Origin: Octopus vulgaris
Lineage: Eukaryota
Length of the DNA: 64,000 bases
Direction of reading: 5' to 3'
Assembly (NCBI GenBank): GCA_951406725.2
Contig: OX597825.1
Coordinates: 83,390,001 to 83,454,000 of the forward strand
A program made the translations under genes and the position numbers. Positions 56,094 to 64,000 of the stretch are shown here, piece after piece (within the stretch, counting starts at the first letter, position 1; each line of letters starts with the position of its first letter). Under the pieces are notes generated by a model, which saw only the letters and a program-made list of their open reading frames with translations, was not told where the DNA came from and searched no databases.

Positions 56094-56655
56094 AATATAT
56101 ATATATAAATTACGCTTGTGGACATTGAACCTTCACTATATTTCATTAGAGATTATTGGCATTTTTACGACCAATCTTTTTTTTTTTTTTATTGTTAATT
56201 AAAGGATTGAACAGAAATAAGCGTTTATATTTTAATTACTGAGTAGATTCTGTAATTATGCAGCGGTAAATTAACGTATCACATAATGCATCAATTTGTT
56301 TTTATTTGTAGCTATTTTAGATTGTAACGAAAATGCAATATACAATCTTCTGTCACATTTATACTTAAACTTACATTTTATATTTTTTTAAGCATTAAAT
56401 TTCTCAAGCGAAATCTTCCTTATCTTTGATATTCTTTTAAGCTATGCATTATAGCAAATTATTAAATAAAAAGAAAATTATACAATACGATGGTTGTATA
56501 CTGTCAACTCAACGTGACAGTCCCGTAAAGGGAACCACACCACCGCTATTTAGCCCTAGGAAACATAAACGCTTCCTGTTGGCTTTGATACATTTCCTGT
56601 GTCCTTATATTTGCAAAGGGGAGGCAAGCACCCCCACCAGCTAGGATTAGCACCT

Positions 56656-56695
56656 GAAGACATGCATCTTTCTGAGTCTTGCTCGTCATCAGTCC
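56656..56695 (-). ncRNA. Hammerhead-like motif, slightly decayed
   Basis: Minus strand reads GGA-CTGATGA-cGAG-caaga-CTCa-GAAA-gATGCATG-TC-TTC; stem III is one base from the palindrome ACATGCATGT. Confidence 0.55.
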
Positions 56696-56899
56696 AATTT
56701 TGGTGATCAGTGAATAAATTTCACTGAAAATATTATATATTTGCAAGGTGGTTGCAGCCATCTCAGCTAGCAGGACTTACTACCCTGGACTGATATGGGA
56801 GATTTTCTTCAGTTATTTCACCTTCGAGTAAGGTGTATGTCATGTCTTCATTACCTGTTCGTAAGAGTGAAACTACGGCCTCTAATATATGTTGTATAC

Positions 56900-57135
56900 A
56901 TTTTTCTTTACTACCGACAAGCGGCTAAACACAGGGGGGGGGGACACACAAGGACAGGCAAAAGGATTAAGTCGATTACATCGACCTCAGTGCGTAACTG
57001 GTACTTAATTTATCGACCCCAAAAGGATGAAAGGCGAAGTCGACCTCGGCGGAATTTGAACCCAGAACGTAACGGCAGACGAAATACGGCTACGCATTTC
57101 GCCTGGCGTGCTAACGATTCTGCCAGCTTGCCGCC
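56900..57135 (-). mobile_element. Family A SINE with a 20-bp TSD
   Basis: TSD CCTCTAATATAT(G/T)TTGTATA on both sides. Confidence 0.9.
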
Positions 57136-58859
57136 ATCCTCTAATATATTTTGTATAGCGAAGATGCCAAGCATTACGATAAGTGAATCCTCTCTTTGAA
57201 ATTCATGTGCAATCTTAGAACAACTAGTGATGGAGAACGTTGTTTCATTGATTTCATTGCAAATGTCGCTATGCTTTATCTGTTCACGTAAAAGAAGAGA
57301 CGTTAGTTCTAGAGTCATATAATTGAAAATCTGTATTAAACATATAATGGATCAGTATCTGCTAAAAAACATAGGATGCCTGGATAAATATATCTAGTTT
57401 AGGTAAGATTGTGACACATTAACTCCATGCATATTTATTTCGTTTTTCGTTCACGCATTTCTAAAATAAGAAAACCAAATGTCTCAAGATATATGAGATA
57501 TGAAGCTTATTATGACATTTAGTTAACCTTAATTTTCTTGGCTCCTGGTCAAAGGTAGAGAGAAAGAGAGAGAAGAGATAGTGAGGTAGAAAGAGAGAGA
57601 GAGGGAGAGGTCTTGTGATTGGCATTATTATTCATGAGAATGTGATCGAAGTCAACAATGAATTCGTACGACGGAAAGTTCATTGCCAAAACCATCTCCC
57701 ATAACTGGGTAGAGGATGAAGGGAATGGATAATCTCTTAAGTATTTAATAGGATATGAAAAACATCATCCATTTTCTGTTGCTTTCTTTACAACAGATCA
57801 CTATATTTAGCAGCATTTCAAGACGGCCATAACGAGTATCGTTTTCTTCACCTAAAACAATATCCTGACACCAGTCTTATAAGCATCAAAGCAAATATAT
57901 TCATATCACTCCTCCCCCCCAAAGTATCTTCCATATAAAAAAAAATGAAAACCAAAATTTCATTTAATCTCAGGAGTTTGCACTTTATTTTTTTGTTCTT
58001 TTAAATGAGCGAAGGCGGTCAAGTAAATTAAAAATCATTTAAATGAAAACGATTTCTGAAATTAGAAATTTAAATAGTTCATTTCATTCAATATGCTTTA
58101 GTAATCTGCATTGTATTAACAACGAAAGAAAAATAATATTCTTCGATTGATCGTGATTATAGAACGGTAAACAAGCCTGACAGGAATTCGTTATAATGAT
58201 TAAATGAAAGTTGGAATTGTAAATAGCTTGCAGAAAACCGATAATCTCAATTTTTATTAAACTATTTATTTCATTAACCTATTTCCTCTTATATTACTGT
58301 CGTTGGTTTTCTTTTTGCGTTTATCTCATCGTCTGACTTTCTATTTATCTATTTTTCATTCGCTCTTTCATCACACACATGTGAATCAAGGCACACTCGC
58401 ACAAACAGTTATAGCTAGATATAGTTATAAAGTGAAATACATGTATCCACAGATATGTGTGTGTATGGTTGTGTGTGATTAGTAATTAACAGTGTGCTAT
58501 CATGCGTGACACGTTACTAGTGAGTTCGGAGCTTTATAATTGGTTCCACTTTAAATTTCTACCTCTACGCGCTATGATTCTAATCTCCTCACCGGAGGAT
58601 AGGCAGACAGGCTACAATGCAGAGCCCAACCTACATTATATAACAAGAAATGCGGAAAACATTATGATATTTTTATGCTTTAATAAATACCTTTTTCAAT
58701 GAGTCATCGGCTTATCGCTTTGGTATGAAATAGTAATGTAATGTTGAATATTTCGTTTGGTTAACTGCAAAAAAAATACCGGTGAAAACCTGGGCTTCCT
58801 TGCCGTTGAAAACTATGCAGTTCAAGCTGACATGCTAAAATAAAATCAAAATGAAAGTA

Positions 58860-59462
58860 ATATTCTTCTCTACTCTAGGCACAAGGCCCGAAAGTTTGGG
58901 GGAGGGGACTGTTGATAATATCGACTCCAGTACGTAACTGGTACTTAATTGATCGACCACGAAATGATGACATCGACAGAATTTGGATTCAGAACGTAAA
59001 GACATGAAATACTGCTACGCATTTCGCCCGGGTTGCTAACGTTTTTTATTTATTTATTGCCCGTAAGGAGCTAAACATAGAGGAGACAAACAAGGAGGGA
59101 AAAACGGATTAAGTCGATTACATCGACCTCAGTGAGTCACTGATACTTAATTTATCGACTCCGAAAGGATGAAAGGCAAAGTCAACCTCGGCGGTATTTG
59201 ACTTCAGAACGTAGCGGCAGACGAAATACCTATTTCTTTACTACCCACAAGGGGCTAAACACAGAGAGGACAAACAAGGACAGACAAACGGATTAAGTCG
59301 ATTACATCGACCCCAGTGCGTAACTGGTACTTATCTAATCGACCCCGAAAGGATGAAGGGCAAAGTTGACCTCTGGGGAATTTAAACTCAGAACGTAGTA
59401 GCAGACGAAATACCGCTAAGCATTTCGACTGGCGTGCTAACGTTTCTGCCAGTTCACTGCCT
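58860..59462 (-). mobile_element. Family A SINE cluster (one copy plus a tandem dimer)
   Basis: Three cores; dimer junction GACGAAATACC|TATTTCTTT at ~59230. Confidence 0.85.
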
Positions 59463-59613
59463 TATTTTTAATATATACACTCTAGGTCTTGTTTATATCT
59501 TTTTAATACATGGTGAGAAATAGTAAACCTGTTAAGGGTTCACCTCTTTGTGTTTAAATGTACCAGCTTTTTTCAGTTTTCGTCATCCAAATCCATTGGT
59601 TTAACTTTTACTA

Positions 59614-59644
<31 letters not shown>

Positions 59645-59753
59645 GGATCAAAACAGTTTGATTCAAATTTGGTAGTACTCATGTGTTTCAAGCGTGATGT
59701 TAGTCGTCAACCATTTTGAATTTGAATGACATCGTTTGTCCACTCACACGTGT

Positions 59754-59793
<40 letters not shown>

Positions 59794-60028
59794 GGGTATT
59801 GTCCTTGCCTTCAAAACGTGGAGTAGATGAAAAAACGGGGACAACTGATGAAGGGGAATGTTCTTTATGTTGCATCTCTAGTTTCTTTGTTGTTTTTTTT
59901 GGTGTTCGAAAAAAAGTTCGTTTTCTATGTTTTTGTATTTATGTTTTCGTTTCTGATTGTATTCAACATTTTTTTCATATCCTGTACCCATATATGCATG
60001 TATATATTCATATATATGTATGTATATA

Positions 60029-60094
<66 letters not shown>

Positions 60095-60157
60095 TATATA
60101 TACATAGTTAAAATTACAGAAAAATAAAACAACGAAGACAGGTGTATGAACAAGTAT

Positions 60158-60214
<57 letters not shown>

Positions 60215-61134
60215 CATGCACACAGGTGTTTATATAAATGTGTGTATATGCATATACATACATACATATATATGAATGTATATCTATGTACTTACACATA
60301 TAAATGCATACACTCATACACACGTATCTTAAATGTAAAGAAGACGCGTGTGTGTATACGTGTCGGGTCATAATACCTGCCTTCCTACAGCCTTCTGCGA
60401 TAAAGCTTTTAAGTTGATAACAGAAATTCATGATGTAGCTTCATTGAGTATAGACTATTTGGAAAGACATGAGAAGAACTGCATTGTTCAGTGATGGAAA
60501 ATTCCAGAAAACATGCAGTACCGAATAATGGAAAAATCAAAAAGTCTATTACATCGTTGCCATCTGTTGCATGAGATATCTCTGGGAATAAGTACGGAAA
60601 ACTCACGAAGATCAGATGTCGTTTTATTCATAACTAAAGTTATTACATTCGAACGAAAAGTATATCAAATTTATTGTATATAAATTAATAGACTAAACAC
60701 ACACCATTGCCGATTCCAAGATCATGCAGGAAAGTGTCGCAGAATTGATTATATAATCCGAAGCAAGTAATGGGATATGATCTTATTGCAAGATTCACTG
60801 TGATTTTTATACATTTTCTATACTATATTAACCTATTTACTGATTAGTCTTCCTATGAAAAGAGGGGAAAAAAAACCAGGCCACATAATATTTAAACTGT
60901 TGCCTGCAATATAATTTGGATAATTTCTAATATCAGACGGAGTTGAAGATTTACAGAGGAGTAGACTTCATGAATAAATTGATAATTCCTAAGCATGAAA
61001 TTTCTGTCGAGTAATAGTGTGCTTCGCTCAAGGAAATAGATGATCTCATATCTCTACGTCTGTCTATTTATTTCTCATGCTGTCTGTCTATCCACCTACA
61101 TAGCTATCAATCTACCGCCTTACCAACCTCCCTG

Positions 61135-61207
<73 letters not shown>

Positions 61208-61352
61208 GCAGAGAGACAGACAGGCAGACAGAGGAGAGAGAGATTGGTTCATACATAGATAGACGTGCCTCTAGATACATATACGATTGAGTAGACAAAC
61301 AAGAGTAGGGCACACCATCGGGAGTTAGATGTATGGTTTAAAGCAGTATATA

Positions 61353-61423
<71 letters not shown>

Positions 61424-61472
61424 AAACAAGTCAAAAATAGAAAATGCTAAAATAATTTTATAGTGAACATTT

Positions 61473-61510
61473 CAGTACCGGTTTCGATCATTTTGAGACC
61501 TTTTCAACTG
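61473..61510 (-). ncRNA. Minimal type I hammerhead ribozyme (U3-A8 variant) in the PLE 3' UTR
   Basis: Minus strand reads CAG-TTGAAAA-GGTC-tcaaaat-GATC-GAAA-CCGG-TA-CTG: stem I CAG/CTG, stem II GGTC/GATC (one G-U), palindromic stem III ACCGGT, UA cleavage site. Confidence 0.75.
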
Positions 61511-61867
61511 TAACGATTAAATAATTAAATTTAGAAAAATTAGAAGAAAAGTTTTTTTAAAAGAATATTTCTATAGTAGTGTTCAGATTTAAGTGGCATT
61601 CTGCCTTTCTCTGACTCCCTTGTTTGCACTTGTGTGTCGGAGGTCGTTGTGAGTTCTTGGAAGGGTAGTAGAGGAAGAAGGCTGGTGGGGAAAGGGGGAT
61701 GGGAGAATCTGGGAGTGCCCTGATGGTCGTATTTTGAATGGTCAGTGGCGGCTGGCAGTCTCAGTTCAATTCAGGAGAATATTTATATTGACAGGCTTGT
61801 TTATAGAATTAGCGTAGGTGTTATACTAAAAAACATTAGTGACAAAGTTAAGGGGTAGGGGGTGGAG

Positions 61868-62150
61868 AAGTAGAAGAAGAAGAAGAAGAAGAAGAAGAAG
61901 AAGAAGAAGAAGAAGAAGAGAAGGAGAAGATGACGATGATGGTGGTGGTGGTGATGATTATGACGACGATGATGATGATAATGATGATGATGAAGAAGAA
62001 GAAGAAGAAGAAGAAGAAGAAGAAGAAGAAGAAGAAGAAGAAGAGGAGAAGGAGAAGATGGTGGTGATGATGGTGGTGATGATGATGACGACGATGATGA
62101 TGATAATGATGATGATGAAGAAGAAGAGGAAGAAGAAGAAGAAGAAAAAA
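61868..62150. repeat. (GAA)/(GAT)/(GGT) compound repeat inside the PLE 3' UTR
   Basis: Directly visible; lies between the ORF stop and the hammerhead. Confidence 0.9.
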
Positions 62151-62276
62151 ACAGAGAAGGGGGAATATGAATGGGTGTAAGTATAGCTATGAAGGGGCTG
62201 ATTAGTAATGGATTCTATGGAGTGTAATATTTGTGTGTGTATATATATTTTTCTTTTATTCTAAAGTTGAGGTATA

Positions 62277-64000
62277 TTAATTGTTTGTCGTAGACCCGTT
62301 TAGAAGTGGCTTGTATTTTGTAATAAAGAGATTTTCTTTACTTATTCGTTGTCTCGAGGTTGTATCGTCCCTAAATTGGTAGAGGGGGAAAATTCTGAAG
62401 TTTGGTGTTTTTTTGTTGGCGCAAGTATCTATGTGTTGGCTAAAAGCTATTTTTCTGTTTTGGGGAATTTTTATCTGGGATCTGTGCAGGGCCATTCGTT
62501 TACGCAAACCATTTTTTGTTTGGCCTATGTACTGCTCTTGACACCCGGAGCAGGTTAGTGAGTATATTAGGTTCTCCGAAGCACATGTGAAGTTGCTTTT
62601 CACTGTAAACCGTTGTCCCTGCTTGAAGGAGAACTCTGATCCCTCAATTAGATAGTCGCATATCCCGCAATTGGGTCTTCCACATTTTTTTACTGTCGGC
62701 TTCTGTGTTGAGGAGTGAATTCGGGCTTGTGTAAGGAGACTTTTCATGGATCTAGGCTGCCTTTTGCTTTTTATGATCGTGTGTGTTTGGAGGATTGTGT
62801 TCATTCTGTGGTCTTTTTTTAGGAGGGGTATGTTGTGGAGGATGGTGTCGAAGGCTTCGTTATTGAGAGGGTTGTGTGTGGAGATGTATGGTAAGGCTTT
62901 TGGTTGTAAGTTTTTCTTTGATTTGGGATGTCTCAGTTCCTTGATGTTAAGTTGAAGGGCACGTTGAATGCACTTGTCAATAAGTGAAGGTGGATAGTTC
63001 CTGGTGATTAGGGTATCTTTTAGTTCTTGTAGTCGTGTGTCTCTGGTGTTTGCGTTAGAGACTATAGTGCATATCCTTTTTGCTAGATTGAAGGGGATAT
63101 TCATCCTGGTGTGTCTGGGGTGGCATGAATTGAATGGAAGATATTGCTTAGAGTCTGTAGGCTTATAGTATATGTCTGTTTCTATTATATTATTAGCTTT
63201 CTTAATGAGGATATCGAGGAAGGGGAGTTGTTGTTGGCTATATTCCATCGTGAATTGGATGTTTACGTCCAGTCCGTTTAAAATTTTCTGGAATTCTATG
63301 AGTTTTTCTATATTTTTATGCCAAAGGATGAAACAGTCATCTAGATATCTCTTCCAGTTGTTTTCTATGTAGATGGAGAAAGGGCTGCCATATCTTTCTA
63401 GAACCTTACGATACAGACTGATCTCTAGGTATCCTATGACTAGGTTGGCAAAGGAGGGGGCAATTCGTGTACCCATCGCAGTCCCCGATTTTTGTCGATA
63501 GAAGTTGTCATTGAAGGCGAAGAAGTTATTTTCCAGGATGAATTTGACCCCTTCTATCACAAATTCTTTTTTGATGCGGTGTGGTAGTTCGTTGGCGTGA
63601 TTCTCTAGCCAGAATTGGATTGCCTCTAGTCCTAGGTTGTGGGGGATATTGGAGTAGAGGTTGACTACATCGAAGGATACCAGTATGGTGTTTTTGTTTA
63701 TAGTATTCGGTAGGTGATTGAGCATATCTAAGTCGTCCCTTATATAGCTTTTGACATGTTTGAGGAGTGGTTTTAACAGGGTGTCTAAAAAGTTACTGAG
63801 GCGGTGGGTTTCGCATGCGGGACCTGCTATTATGGGTCTCAATTTGAGGTCATTAGGATTAGGGACTTTAATTATTTTGTCTGTAGCTATCTTGCATGCG
63901 TTGCTTATTTTTTCACTTTTGTGGATCTTAGGTATACCGTAGAATTGGCTAGTTTTACTTGTGAAATTGGTCATATAATCATATTCGTTGTCGGTGAGCC
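62277..64000 (-). CDS. Penelope-like element polyprotein: reverse transcriptase + Cys-rich linker + GIY-YIG endonuclease (5' part lies beyond the window)
   Basis: 565-aa ORF whose frame stays open to the window edge (LTDNEYDY precedes the annotated Met). PLE RT motifs: FYGIPKIHK, LRPII, SFDVVNLYSNIP, GTAMGTRIAPSFANL, WKRYLDDCF, LPFLDILI, YLPFNSCHP. Linker CGRPNCGIC. GIY-YIG: NLIYSLTCSGCQEQYIGQT...RMALH...E...LN. Confidence 0.96.
   Translation of the reverse strand, partial: LTDNEYDYMTNFTSKTSQFYGIPKIHKSEKISNACKIATDKIIKVPNPNDLKLRPIIAGPACETHRLSNFLDTLLKPLLKHVKSYIRDDLDMLNHLPNTINKNTILVSFDVVNLYSNIPHNLGLEAIQFWLENHANELPHRIKKEFVIEGVKFILENNFFAFNDNFYRQKSGTAMGTRIAPSFANLVIGYLEISLYRKVLERYGSPFSIYIENNWKRYLDDCFILWHKNIEKLIEFQKILNGLDVNIQFTMEYSQQQLPFLDILIKKANNIIETDIYYKPTDSKQYLPFNSCHPRHTRMNIPFNLAKRICTIVSNANTRDTRLQELKDTLITRNYPPSLIDKCIQRALQLNIKELRHPKSKKNLQPKALPYISTHNPLNNEAFDTILHNIPLLKKDHRMNTILQTHTIIKSKRQPRSMKSLLTQARIHSSTQKPTVKKCGRPNCGICDYLIEGSEFSFKQGQRFTVKSNFTCASENLIYSLTCSGCQEQYIGQTKNGLRKRMALHRSQIKIPQNRKIAFSQHIDTCANKKTPNFRIFPLYQFRDDTTSRQRISKENLFITKYKPLLNGSTTNN

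Larger units (their letters stand above)
61420..64000 (-). mobile_element. Penelope-like retroelement (Neptune/Naiad type), 3' portion, ending in a (TA)n microsatellite
   Basis: ORF followed by an ~850-bp 3' UTR containing trinucleotide repeats and a hammerhead; unique sequence stops abruptly at (TA)n 61346-61419. Clade is inferred from the CxxxxCxxC linker and the CxxC inside the GIY-YIG. Confidence 0.88.

Noticed and set aside
62349-63942. Four plus-strand ORFs overlapping the PLE
   Set aside because: Antisense shadows of the RT/endonuclease ORF.

Overview
AT-rich, microsatellite-dense eukaryotic DNA with no recognisable host exon. The SINE families suggest an octopus or other coleoid cephalopod (from recall, unverified). 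The only credible long ORF is an uninterrupted Penelope-like retroelement (RT + C-terminal GIY-YIG, minus strand, 62277 to beyond 64000). Its 3' UTR ends in a (TA)n tract and carries a minimal type I hammerhead ribozyme with a compensatory U3-A8 core. The rest is tRNA-derived SINEs (three main families, some as tandem multimers), decayed CR1 and R4/Dong LINE fragments, mariner relics, a Helitron end, a TIR element with telomeric repeats inside ~90-bp direct repeats, and a diverged 28S-rRNA-like segment. The main unannotated signal is about 10 hammerhead-like motifs in short non-coding inserts, mostly within (TA)n/(TG)n/(CATA)n tracts and often in fold-back or tandem form. One solo insert begins almost exactly at the predicted ribozyme cleavage site of the intact element. 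Nearly all short ORFs in the supplied track are microsatellite or SINE artefacts. All alignments and folds were done by eye.
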